Assembly (NCBI GenBank): GCA_951406725.2
Contig: OX597833.1
Location: 21,080,001-21,144,000, forward strand
Direction of reading: 5' to 3'
DNA length: 64,000 bases
From: Octopus vulgaris
Taxonomy: Eukaryota
The position numbers and the translations under genes are program-made. Positions 26,469 to 39,667 of the stretch are shown here, piece by piece. The notes beneath the pieces were generated by a model that saw nothing but the letters and a program-made list of their open reading frames with translations, was not told the origin of the DNA and did no database searches. How positions within the stretch are numbered: the first letter of the stretch is position 1; every line of letters starts with the position of its first letter.

Positions 26469-26849
26469 CATACATACATACATACATACATACATACATA
26501 CATGATTGTATACAAAATCATATATATACCGTATGCATATATACCGTGCACACAAACATCACGTTTCACCACTTGAAACAAACGTTGCACATTACACGAT
26601 ATTTAAACCACTCGGCTATTATTCGCTTTATAAACCGTGTATTTATTTCATTGGGACGGTTTATCGTTATGCTATGTAGTTATGAAAAGAAATTGTTTTT
26701 TCCGAGGCATTTACCTTCTTCACAACTACATGTGAATTTGAAACCAGGGAATATGGTTTAATGCTTCCTGTTTATTTTAAATGGGTTATTCAATTACATC
26801 TGCAACACAAAAGCGTCACTGCTCTATCACGCAACTGTCTATCTATCTA

Positions 26850-28335
<1,486 letters not shown>

Positions 28336-28435
28336 TTATCTGTCTATCTATCAATCTGTCTGTCTGTCTATATATGTATATTATACATATGGATGTGTGT
28401 GTGGGTATGTGTGCGTATATAATATGGATGTATAT

Positions 28436-28750
28436 GGCGCATGGCTCAGTGGTTTGAGCGTCGGGCTCACAATGATGAGGTAGTGAGTTCGATTCCCGGA
28501 CCGGGCTGTGTGTTGTGTTCATGAGCAAGGTACTTTATTTCATGTTGCTCCAGTTCACTCAAATATAGAAACGAGTTGTAACGTCACAGGTACCAAGCTG
28601 CATCAGCCTATGCCTTTCCCTTGGATAACATCAGTAGCGTGAAGAGAGGAGGCTGGTATGCATGGGCGACTACTGGTCTTCCTTAAACACCCTTGCCCGG
28701 ACTTATGGCTCGGAGGGGAACTTTCTAGGTGCAATCCCATGATCATTCAT
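28436..28750 (+). mobile_element. CORE-type tRNA-SINE (OR2-like)
   Basis: A box tggctcagtgg, B box gagttcgattcc, CORE-like gagcaag..ctttatttca. Homolog at 36488-36820 (-). Confidence 0.85.
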
Positions 28751-28785
28751 GGGAGTCATATATATATATATGTGTGTGTGTGTGT

Positions 28786-29092
28786 GGAGGTGCAATGGCC
28801 TAGTGGTTAGGGTAGCGAACTCGCGGTTGTAGGATCGCGGTTTCGATTCTCAGACCGAGCGTTGTGAGTGTTTATTGAACGAAAACACCTAATGCTCCAC
28901 GAGGCTCTGGCAGGGGGTGATGGCGATCCCTGCTGTACTCTTTCGCCACAACTTTCTCTCACTCTTTCTTCTGTTGGCCTGCTCGCTTAGCCAGCGGGGT
29001 GGCGTCATTTCAAGGCTAAAACAAGGCGAAGCGCTTTCTGACCAGCGATGTGTAGCAATATCTGATAGCCTGGTCGGTTACGGTGATCACGG
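28786..29092 (+). mobile_element. tRNA-derived SINE
   Basis: tggcctagtgg / ggtttcgattc boxes. 5' part homologous to 37750-37929 (-). Confidence 0.8.
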
Positions 29093-29220
29093 TAATATAT
29101 ATATATATATAAATTTAAATTTAAAATAATAAGGGTGAATAATAATTGGTAGAACTATATACATGTTCAATCTCATGCGGACGTCTCGTGTATAGTTCTG
29201 CAAATTATATTTGGCTATGA

Positions 29221-29296
29221 TGATCACACTGACGAGTTGCGGACAATTACGTAAATAATTACGTAAGAGGTAACAACGAAATCGGGTTTGTGATTA
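29221..29296 (+). ncRNA. Type I hammerhead ribozyme
   Basis: tgATCACA-CTGACGA-GTTG..CAAC-GAAA-TCGGG-TT-TGTGATta, inside a (TA)n-flanked ORF-less unit 29112-29448. Confidence 0.78.
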
Positions 29297-29453
29297 ATCT
29301 TTATATTTTGTATCTTTTCATTTGTCTTGCTCGCTTACATTCTGGCGTTTGCTAAATTTTCTTGAGAACATTCCTTTCTTAGTGGTAAGACCACAGCGGA
29401 TCTTCTAGCATAATGGATGTCCACTTACAGGTCATCCCTCTTATATGTATGTG

Positions 29454-29503
<50 letters not shown>

Positions 29504-29698
29504 TACATATATAAAGTCTTAGTTATATTAGAGGGTACACTAAGCACCAGCTTGCTAGAGTGTGGAAGTGAAAACCTTCAACTTAACCACTAATCTCACT
29601 GAAAATATGTAACGAACCAGCAGAAATCGGTCAAACGAGTGGAATTTAACATATTATCTCAGCTAAAAGACCGTAGAATAAGGTAACAGATATACTTG

Positions 29699-29748
29699 GA
29701 TCGTAATTTCAAATTCTGGTTAGAGTCTCAAATTCTCCTCAGCAGATC
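29699..29748 (-). ncRNA. Partly decayed hammerhead
   Basis: GAUCUG-CUGAGGA-GAAUUUG..CAGAAUUU-GAAA-UUA-CGAUC. Confidence 0.5.
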
Positions 29749-30181
29749 TTGCTGTACCTAAAATGAAAAAGAAATCCATCCTGCTTCGTAGTAATCCGCT
29801 ACATCTTGAATATAATTAAGAATCTGTTTCGTTTTTGGATTTGGTTTGCAAGATTCTTTATTTGAGTTCGTGTATTGAATCATATTTTGTTATGTCTGGG
29901 GAGAGTCATTCTCTTTTAGTGCCTTATTATTTAACACAATAACCGGCAAAGTTTCCACTCATTTACTTATTTATTTTCCTAAAATTTTCGTTGCTTCTTG
30001 CAACCTTTTCAATAGTCGTGACTCTGTCCGTTATCCGAGCTGCGTTCTTTTTGTTTGTGCGCATGTGTGTGAGTCAGTGTGTGTGCGCCTACAAATGTAT
30101 ACTGCTAATATGGCTTCCTGCCACTAATGTTATTGTTATCATTATTTTCAATTATTTAGATTTGCCGCTGGTAATAATAAG

Positions 30182-30548
30182 AACAAGAGCACTCAGAGAG
30201 CGCAAACCTCCGCCAAGGCAACATCAGCGTTCTCTGATCGATTAGCCAGAGGTGATTTTTGAAATGAGAATATCTGAAATAAACTCGACTGCTCTCATGA
30301 ATGAGAATACTAAAAATCAACCCGTCTGCACTAAAAAATTTAGTAAAAAAAAAAACGCGGAAAAATAATCCATAATCCTTGTGCAGTAGCGGATCGATCC
30401 CAAGATTTAATCAGTTCGTGCCAGTCACGAGGCCAAACATACCTGAAAGTTCATCCGAATCCATCCAGCAGTTCTTGAGATATCTTGTCCACGGACAAAC
30501 AAACGACTGAAAACATTACCTCCGCTTTTACGAAGGCAGATGTAATAA
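30182..30548 (-). mobile_element. HINE-like (Helentron-associated) non-autonomous element
   Basis: Subterminal (c)ctccgcc/ggcggagg repeats, gttt/gtcc microsatellite, 3' hairpin gcgctc-tct-gagtgc then T-rich end. Confidence 0.7.
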
Positions 30549-30589
30549 TAACATCTTTACGAGTATTTATTTTGAATATTTACTCATTC

Positions 30590-30697
<108 letters not shown>

Positions 30698-30705
30698 ATA
30701 TATAA

Positions 30706-30900
30706 ACACGAGGTGGTGCTGAAAAGTTCCTGGCTTTACGGGTATTGCGAAAGGTCACGCTGCAAGTCCATCTTCCGAGTCCCTTTACAGGGCTAAGGAT
30801 TGCTGCAACAATTGTATGAATTTGAAGGGGGGATATGTTGAATAAAACCATAATTAGCTGATCTTCCTTGAATTTCCTTTTTACCAAAAGCTAGGAACGT
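30706..30900 (+). mobile_element. Internally deleted mariner-like remnant
   Basis: cgaggtggtgctgaaaagttcc TIR-like start; CMNLKGGYVE* resembles a mariner C-terminus. Confidence 0.55.
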
Positions 30901-31144
30901 GTGCTATTTGCTATGTACCACTCGCTAAACTCCTCTCTGCAGTCCGAATGATCTGCATTGAGGGCATGGACAATTCTTGGAATGTAACTTTTCCAAAAAC
31001 TGAGTTTTGTGTAAATCGTTATTGTGTTATTTTTGCTACGCAATAGGACTGAACCCGGAACCATGTGGTTGGAAAGCAAGTTTCTTACCACACAGCCACG
31101 TAAAGATTCTGTAAATATCAAATTGATAAAAATTTATGTATAAA

Positions 31145-31238
31145 CTGCTACCATGTCTGGCAACGAGTGTTCACCACCGAAGAGATCCAACACGGATTGA
31201 AACCACGTCGTCTGGTGAACTTAAAGCCAGGGTGGCAG
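31145..31238 (+). ncRNA. Type I hammerhead ribozyme with extended stem I (U4C core)
   Basis: GTTCACCA-CCGAAGA-GATCC-AACAC-GGATT-GAAA-CCACGTCG-TC-TGGTGAAC; distal pairs CTGGC/GCCAG and CTGCTACC/GGTGGCAG. Confidence 0.85.
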
Positions 31239-31382
31239 GGGTTATCTCCCGCTTGCAATAAATATCGGGCACGAGAAGCGCACTGAGTAAACCAGCTGGA
31301 AGAGATGTCTTCTTGGAATTAAATTACAATGCCATCGTCTCTTAGAGGACAACCATATTAAAGTGGCTATAAGCAATATCTT

Positions 31383-31415
<33 letters not shown>

Positions 31416-31453
31416 CACACACACGCACACATACGCACACGCATGTATTTACA

Positions 31454-31524
<71 letters not shown>

Positions 31525-31680
31525 AAACGTATGCTACATACATAAATATATAAACATACATATACACATAAAGACACACGCACACTCATATATGCGTGTG
31601 TATGTGTGTATTTATCTATCAATTTGAATATATATATTTAACAAACCAGGAAGTTGAAAAGCTTATTGGTATTATTTATT

Positions 31681-31779
31681 CCCCATTACACATGTTTCAT
31701 TTACTAATAGGAATTACAAAGTTTTAAAAGGGACATAAACATGTAAGGAATTTCCTAATAGAAAATCTTCAGACAGAGG
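31681..31779 (-). ncRNA. Decayed hammerhead in an inverted-repeat-bounded unit (31644-31876)
   Basis: CUGAAGA, long stem II, U-GAAA-CAUG-UG. G at position 17 and a weak stem I. Confidence 0.55.
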
Positions 31780-31885
31780 TATTGAATAATATTTAATTAT
31801 TTATTTACTTTATTTATTATTGTAAATATTCTTTTCTTTTAAATGAAAGATGTGTAATTTTTCAACTTCTTGCTTATATATATAT

Positions 31886-32463
31886 AATGCTAAAAAAACC
31901 CACCATAAACTCATGATAAAGATACACATGAGTAATGCAATGAGCATATGAGAAATAGACCTACCTTTGCGTTGAATACATCAGTAAGTAAAGTATATTT
32001 CAATATCAATTGATTTCACGCTTAGCATGACAAACATACTGTGCGATCTTCAGTTGAAAATAACTGTAACATCTATTTCTAAAATATTCACTACATTAGC
32101 TCGTGTACTTTCCTTACTTTAAACGTCCCGCTTTGTTTAAAAGAAAACTATCGTGAGCAAGATAAAATTTAGATAAAGAAGTATTACTGTTATCAATAGT
32201 ATTAATGAGGTGGCTAGCAAATGCACACCGTTACAGGCACAATATAAGGTAAATTTAGATTTAATAGAGTATATAATACCATTTGCTAAAATCAGAGTCA
32301 ATGTTCCAAAAACCACCATAAACTCACGATATGATACACACGAGCAATGCAATGAACATATGAGAAATAGACTTACCTTATCTTTATCGTGAGTTTATGG
32401 TGGCTTTTTTGAGCATTGGGTCTGATCTTAGCAAGTGATATATCCTACTGAATCTAAATTTAC

Positions 32464-32470
<7 letters not shown>
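31886..32470 (-). mobile_element. ORF-less hammerhead element with about 80-bp direct repeat and inverted 5' piece
   Basis: 31886-31967 resembles 32300-32379 (period about 413). 32380-32470 is an inverted copy of 32242-32335. (TA)n on both sides. Confidence 0.78.
31998..32059 (-). ncRNA. Type I hammerhead ribozyme (U10.1-U11.1 variant)
   Basis: UUUCAA-CUGAAGA-U-CGC..AGUAUG/CAUGCU..GCG-U-GAAA-UCAAUUGA-UA-UUGAAA. Confidence 0.82.
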
Positions 32471-32505
<35 letters not shown>

Positions 32506-32539
32506 CGTTCAAGTAATACAGTAGTTCGGCTGAGCCCGG

Positions 32540-32918
32540 GTGTGGATGTGTAGTAAGAAGCTCCCCAACCATGTCTCACTGCGTGGAACCTTGGGCAAGT
32601 GTCTTCTACTATAGCCTCGGGCCGACCAAAGCTTTGTGAGTGAGTTTGGTAGACAGAAACTGAAAGAATCCTGTCATCTATGTGTGTGTATGTGTGTGTG
32701 CTTTTGTGTCTGTGTTTGACAAGCGGTGTTTGACAATCGCTTGACAACTGGTGTTGGTGGGTTTGTGCCCTTTTAACTTAGCGGTTCGGCAAAATAGAGC
32801 GATAAAACAAGTACCACTTCCTAAGAAAAGAAGTACTGAGATCGATTCATTCGACTAAAAATTGAAGGTGGTGCCCCAGCATGGCCTCACTCTAGTGACT
32901 GAAACAAGCAAAAGATAA
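32540..32918 (+). mobile_element. CORE-type SINE (OR1-like), diverged
   Basis: ccttgggcaagtgtcttctactatagc block and family tail. Confidence 0.82.
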
Positions 32919-32947
32919 CGGATGTCTGTATGTGTGTGTGTATGTGT

Positions 32948-32991
<44 letters not shown>

Positions 32992-33515
32992 TATCGTTCA
33001 AGTCACAGTGTAGTTCGGTCGAGCCCTTTCAGTAAGCTTTTCACGCAAATACATTCCCAGGGCATTTGTCGAATACGTATACTCGCGCACACATATTTAT
33101 TACATAAAGAAGAGATATTAAATAAACTTTTACGCTACCATATGCTTGCCAGTGTAAATGTTTTGTACTTACATATGCATGTATAGAAGAATGCAGGCGC
33201 ACATATATGTAAATTTATACATCTGAGCTTTCGTTTGCGCAAATTTATGAGTGGATGCATATTTCCGGTGCGTTAATTCAAGTGTGTTTGCACTTCTGTG
33301 ATATGTAAATCAATGAGAGATTCATCTATCGACAGATTTTATCCATTATTAAGAGATACCAGTACAAAAGAGCTTCTCATTATTAGTTTTGCTGCCTGCC
33401 ATGCTGCAAGATGTGACGTCGAAAGCAGATTGTGTTTCGCTGACCCCAAATATTTTTTCCATTAAAGCTATGAAGCTAAATATCTTTAAGAATTAACTGC
33501 TGGTGGTGGCGGGGA

Positions 33516-33569
<54 letters not shown>

Positions 33570-34119
33570 GTACGTTTGTATGTAATTGTACAGTTAGTGT
33601 ACGTCTAGAACGGCGCCATTTGCAATTGACAGAGATGTTTGTGAGACATCTCGCTGAATGCAGTTTGAGTTTCTCGTTGAAGCAAGCATAATACGACCCA
33701 TTGAAGGAATATTATTTGATCAGGGTTTGTTGTCTGTTTGTGCGTGGTTTTATACGTGTGTCTTTCTATGTTTTTATGTGTATATTTTGTACGTAATTTC
33801 TGCTTTTGTTTTGCTTCATGTTTTTTCTCTTTCTTACTCATCGTACTTTAAAGACAAACGGAAATTGCCAAATACATTGGCAATCACATAGATAAATTAT
33901 AATAACATAGCTACAATACTAGATAGATAAGCAAAATACAAAAAGACAGACATTCACACACACACATACACACACACATGCACACACGTATGTACATACA
34001 CAGATTCATACATACCTGCATACATACACGCGTACATAGATATATACTTATCTACATGTGTCTGCATGTGTGTGTGATGTGTGTGTATGTGTGCGTGTGC
34101 ATGTGTCTGTATGTATAGA

Positions 34120-34460
<341 letters not shown>

Positions 34461-35293
34461 CAACCAGGCAAACAGACATACTGAAAACGGGTAGGGTAAT
34501 ATAACTACAGGTAGAAAGATAAACAGAAAGAAGCATAGATGTATAGGCGGGAAGAGACTGGATGAAGGTGCAAGATAATGAAAATACCCAATTCTGCAAA
34601 ATTGGCGAATTAGTGTGATAAAAGAGAGGATTAGACGAGTTTCACAGATCTTTACGTTGTGTTTAAGGAAGGGTTAACGTTTTGGATTAAGTTTGGGTTA
34701 TAATTTACATTCTGTTAGCTGAGTTAAACTGAAGCTGCGCTGGAGATTTCCGTTAAATTAAATCTGCATTTTGTGAGTAGCTTTAACGATGAAGTCGGAA
34801 TTATTTTAAGTGAAGACATAAAGCTGTTGCTTCTGTTATTGCAGCCTAGGTCAGTTTCTATCCACCTGACGATCAAAGGTTTACCAGCAGAGACATCACA
34901 TTTTTCTGGAATTTTATTTTTGTGTTTTTTCTTAAGATATAATATATGTAGGTCTACATTATCTAATATATCCTTTCTGTTTTAAAGACGATAAGGTGAT
35001 ATTTGAGGGAGATTTGACTATTATTTCTAGCAAGTCAGCTAACCACGTAAGGTCTCTTTTGGTTCTGTAGAGTAATCGTTAATGTGGTTAGTCATCCAAA
35101 GGAACCACACATCTCGTTTTGCTAGGAGAAGGCAAATGTTGGACTTTATAGGCGCAGGCGTGGCTGTGTGGTAAGAAGCATCGTTCCGTGGTCAGTCCCA
35201 CTGCGTGGCAACTTGGGCTTACACTATAGCTTCAGGCCGACCTAAGACTTGTGAGTGGATTTAGTGGACGAAAACTGGGAGTAGCCTGTCGTG

Positions 35294-35354
<61 letters not shown>

Positions 35355-35370
35355 ATGTTACATTACTCGG

Positions 35371-35444
35371 TAGTCAAGATAAAACTCTGAGTTTCAGATG
35401 CCGAAGTGGAAATCCACAACACCATCTCATCGGTTATCTGGCTA
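35371..35444 (-). ncRNA. Type I hammerhead in the Penelope 3' region
   Basis: AGAUAA-CCGAUGA-GAUG..CAUC-U-GAAA-CUCAGAG-UU-UUAUCU. Confidence 0.8.
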
Positions 35445-35633
35445 TTTGAAAACGTTATGAAAAAATACCGTTAAAAATGAAGGGAAATTACTCTGTTATA
35501 ACTCTGCTTTGCCTGCGTACTTATACATCGCTCGCATTTTTCGTCATAAAAATTATATAAAAATACATAAAAATATATAAAAATATATAAAAATATATAA
35601 AATCTTCTTGGGACATAACACAGAAAGCATGTT

Positions 35634-36320
35634 CTATCCGTTTTCTTTAGGGGACCAAAAACGTAACAGAAATTTAGTCACATGTGGGCATGATCCGAAA
35701 AGCTCTGTCCTTGTATTTAGACATGTGGTAGGGTCTAAGCTGCTTTTCCAGATAAGCCATCTCTCCATGTCGCATAAACCGCACCTTCCGCTGCCGTTAG
35801 TATAGGGCTTACATCTGGCCAAAATCTTCCATTGTATGTTATAATCGACACCTTTATCTCTTAAAGACCAAATATGATTGGATAATTGTGTCGCTTTTCT
35901 TTTGTTCCAGTGCCTAAAGCTCAAAGTGTGGTTATTGAACCTGGCCTTGAAATTACCCTCTGTCAGGCCCACGTATTTCTTCGTCGAAACGGTGTCTTTA
36001 GTGGTTATAGAGTTTACGGTAGCTTCATATATGATGGTCTTGGACATGCAAGCTCCATTTGGCGGGCACAATTCTTTATTCCTGCATGAACAGCTGTTTT
36101 CTTCTTGTGTTTTTTGTATGTTATGATTGATTATGTTTTTAAAATTGGTAGTTGAACTAAAACTAATTTTTAAATTGTGTCTATTGAAGAGTTTCCTATA
36201 AGCATGGTTAACTGGAAAATGTCTATCTATCAGTGCTAGGAAATATTTACCTATATTGAAGGCCACCTCGGGTGAGTAAGGGGGCGTAAACCAGATGACC
36301 TTCCTATTTCTATTATTCCT
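35634..36320 (-). CDS. Penelope-like linker plus GIY-YIG endonuclease (C-terminal fragment)
   Basis: RKVIWFTPPYS..CSCRNKELCPPNGAC..IIYEATV..KKYVGLTE..FKARFNNH..CGLCDME..LNTRTELFGSCPH. Confidence 0.9.
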   Translation of the reverse strand, partial: RNNRNRKVIWFTPPYSPEVAFNIGKYFLALIDRHFPVNHAYRKLFNRHNLKISFSSTTNFKNIINHNIQKTQEENSCSCRNKELCPPNGACMSKTIIYEATVNSITTKDTVSTKKYVGLTEGNFKARFNNHTLSFRHWNKRKATQLSNHIWSLRDKGVDYNIQWKILARCKPYTNGSGRCGLCDMERWLIWKSSLDPTTCLNTRTELFGSCPHVTKFLLRFWSPKENG

Positions 36321-36453
36321 TTTCCTTATTGTTGGGCTGGTGATAGGTGTATATTTTATTTTATTTTATTTTATTTTATTTTTTCGCTAAAACTTTTCTC
36401 TATTTACATAATATTGAGGTCTCTTTCTTTCTTTTGTTATCTTACCGTTTTAT

Positions 36454-36487
<34 letters not shown>

Positions 36488-36491
<4 letters not shown>

Positions 36492-36820
36492 CCGCCTTCG
36501 GTCATGACTGATCGTGGGATTGCACCTAGAAAGTTACCCTCTCAGGTACAAGTCTGGGCAAAGTTGTTTATGGAAGACCAGCAGTCGCCCATGCATACCA
36601 GCCTCCCCTCTCCACGCCACCGATGTTATCCAAGGGAAAGGCAAAGGGACCGATGCAGCTTGCACCAGTGACATCGCAACTCATTTCTACAGCTGAGTGA
36701 ACTGGAGCAACGTGAAGTAAAGTGTCTTGCTCAAGAACACAATACGCAGCCCGGTCCGGGATTCGAACTCACAACCTCACGACCGTAAGCTCGACGCTCT
36801 AACCACTGAGTCATGCACCT
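36488..36820 (-). mobile_element. CORE-type SINE (OR2-like)
   Basis: Homolog of 28436-28750. Confidence 0.85.
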
Positions 36821-36839
36821 TCACTATATATATATATAT

Positions 36840-36912
<73 letters not shown>

Positions 36913-37109
36913 TGTGTGTATGCATATATATATATATAAATATATGTATATATATATTTACATATATATACATAAATTTATACACACACACACATATATC
37001 CAAAAAATGAGGTTCAAATAAAATTTAGTTGTTAAAATTTCTGTGCAATAAATTGGTATCCTTCTACAATACATAAAATATTCTAACATTTTTTTATGCA
37101 CTTCATACT

Positions 37110-37410
37110 GGAACTCGGCACTCGGTTACGACGACGAGTGTTCCAGTGGATCCGATGAACGGAACAGACTGATCGTGAAATTGACGAGAAACTGGCTGAG
37201 TACTCCACAGACCCCCGTACCCTTAACGTAGTTCTTAGGGAGATTCAGCGTGACACAGAATGTGATAAGACTGGCTCTTTGAATTACAGGTATCAGTTAT
37301 TTTTGCCAGCTGAGTGTACTGGAGCAACGAGAAATAAAGTGTCTTGCTCAAGGACAAAACGCTTCGCCGGGACTCGAACTCACGACCTTACAATCGTGAG
37401 CCGATTACAC
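37110..37410 (-). mobile_element. CORE-type SINE (OR2-like, second tail type)
   Basis: Homolog of 41954-42272 and 54763-55082. Confidence 0.82.
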
Positions 37411-37624
37411 TTAATTATGTTTAATTCTAAACATACAATGGGTTTATTTTAAATATCGAATGGCCATGTGTCGACCCCAGTAAAAGGGAAACCAAAGGGG
37501 TTGATAAGTAAAAACAAAATGGTTGAGAACCACTGGATTAAATATTTTAATGCGGTGCTCCAGCATGGCCGCTGTCCAATGATTTCTGAATGAGTTGGTG
37601 ATCTTCTTCTTTCGCCCTTTTCAA

Positions 37625-37929
37625 GCCTAGCCAGGCTCATGGGCCCGGTTTCCCGGTTTCTATGGCGTATGTGTTCCCCCCGATGGCGTATGTGTTCCCC
37701 CCGGCTGGACGGGACGCCAGTTCATCGCAGCGTTACTCCAGAAACAGGAAGAGAGAGTGAGAGAAAGTCGGGGTGAAAGAGTACAACAGGGGTCACCACC
37801 ACCCTCTACCGGAGCCTCGTGGACCTTTAGGTGTTTTCGCTCAATAAACACAACGCTCGGTCTGGGAATCGAAACCGCGATCCTCTGACCGCGAGTCCGC
37901 TGCCTTAACCACCGGGCCATTGCGCCTTC
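37625..37929 (-). mobile_element. tRNA-derived SINE
   Basis: Head shared with 28786; tail (gaaaccgggcccatgagcctgg) shared with 45485-45717. Confidence 0.8.
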
Positions 37930-38588
37930 GCTCGAGTTGGTGATCACAAGAAGTAAATTCGTAGATTTTAACCGTTATAACATGTCCTAACTAATTAGGC
38001 TTTAATTAGATGTTGCACTGGACAGTCGATTTTGGCAGTTTTATCTCTTTTCCTGTCTGCGCTGAAATTGTATGCACATCATAGACGTTTACGATTGCAC
38101 GCTATATCTAATTAATTTTAATTAGCTTACATTTGCGGTGGTCACTAAAATCTATGAAATTACGCCATAGTGATGTTTAGTATGTAAAAAGAAGATTACT
38201 AACGGTGTTGGTAATCTATTTAATTTATCTTATCTGTGACTATGCGGTAAGAAATTTGCTTCCCAACCTCATCATTCCCGGTTCAGTCCCACTGAATGGC
38301 AGCAGAATGGGCAAGTGTCTTCTATTATAGTTTCGAGGCGATCAATGGGGTTGATTTGTTCGACTAAACCCGGCAAAGCGGTGCCCCAGCATGACCACAG
38401 TCTAATGACTGGAACAAGTAAAGGTTAAAAGCAAACGGTTGATAGTCGACTACACTCTTTGACAAAACGTCTGGCTTGGAACCTTCTCTGGACAATTCAC
38501 AGCAGCTTTTGTCTAATTTCGCTACACAACAGTGCGCCGCTCTCTATGCTTGGATACGCGTAGTGTACATATGTGTGTGCGTGAGTGG

Positions 38589-38656
<68 letters not shown>

Positions 38657-39630
38657 AGCGGGTTTATTGCATTGAATTAGATTGGTTTAATATATGTGCA
38701 GCACTTAGTTCTGTTAGTTTCTGTTCCATGCGTTGATAAGTTCCGTCGTTTTGGCTACGCATTTATTTACATATATTCTTTCTTTCTTTCATTCTTTCTT
38801 TCTTTCCTCCCTTCTTTCTTTCTTTCTTTCTTTCTTTCCTTCCTTCTTCCTTTCTTTCTTTCTTTCTTTCTCCCCCCTTTTCTTTCTTTCTTTCTTTTGT
38901 CATTCCCGGAGGCGCTTGGTACAGGCATCAATTCTCTCTATTCAATTGCCGCACACACTGCACATCTCTATTTCTAGATCTTCATATTTGGATGCTTTCC
39001 CAATTTCTTTCGGAGATATGTCTATGTCCGTTGGAATTGATGCATAAACCTCAGCCAAAACAATGCACACTGCACAAGTCATGCCACTCTTCCAACAGCA
39101 AAATATCTTCACTCAAATTTTTTTTTTTTTCAGTAAAAAATATTTGCATTCAACAAAAACGTTTTTTACAATTTTTTATTTTTTCTAACAAGGTTGAATA
39201 GTTCACTTTATTGAATCTCGAAGAAAAATTCTTTGAAACATCAATAGTTTGAAAAAGAAAACATTACAGTTGAAATTGTTTACACCTCGAAAAGTCCAAT
39301 ATTCTTTACAAAGCCATCACGAGATGTATAAAATATTCTCAGATGAATATTCCCGATAAACTATTGAATCTTGGAAAGCATTTTTTGTCTTGCTGCTCTT
39401 TGATAATAATATATCTGACTGATTTACTCTAATCTCTTTGACCGTTTATAATCTCAGGTATGGATGTGTGGGTAAGAAGCTGGCTTTGCAACCCTTCGGT
39501 TTCGGGTTCAATCACACTAGGGCGTATCTTGGGCAAATGTTTTCTATTATAATCCCGGGCTGATCAATACTTTGTGAGTGAATTTGGTAGAAAGACACTT
39601 TGTAGAAAACCTTCATATATATGTATGTGC

Positions 39631-39667
<37 letters not shown>

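Larger units (their letters stand above)
35351..36330 (-). mobile_element. 5'-truncated Penelope-like element ending at (TA)n
   Basis: GIY-YIG ORF plus a 3' region carrying a hammerhead. Confidence 0.9.

Noticed and set aside
28436-28505. tRNA-like sequences (also 41954, 54763, 28786)
   Set aside because: They continue into SINE bodies, so they are SINE heads rather than tRNA genes.
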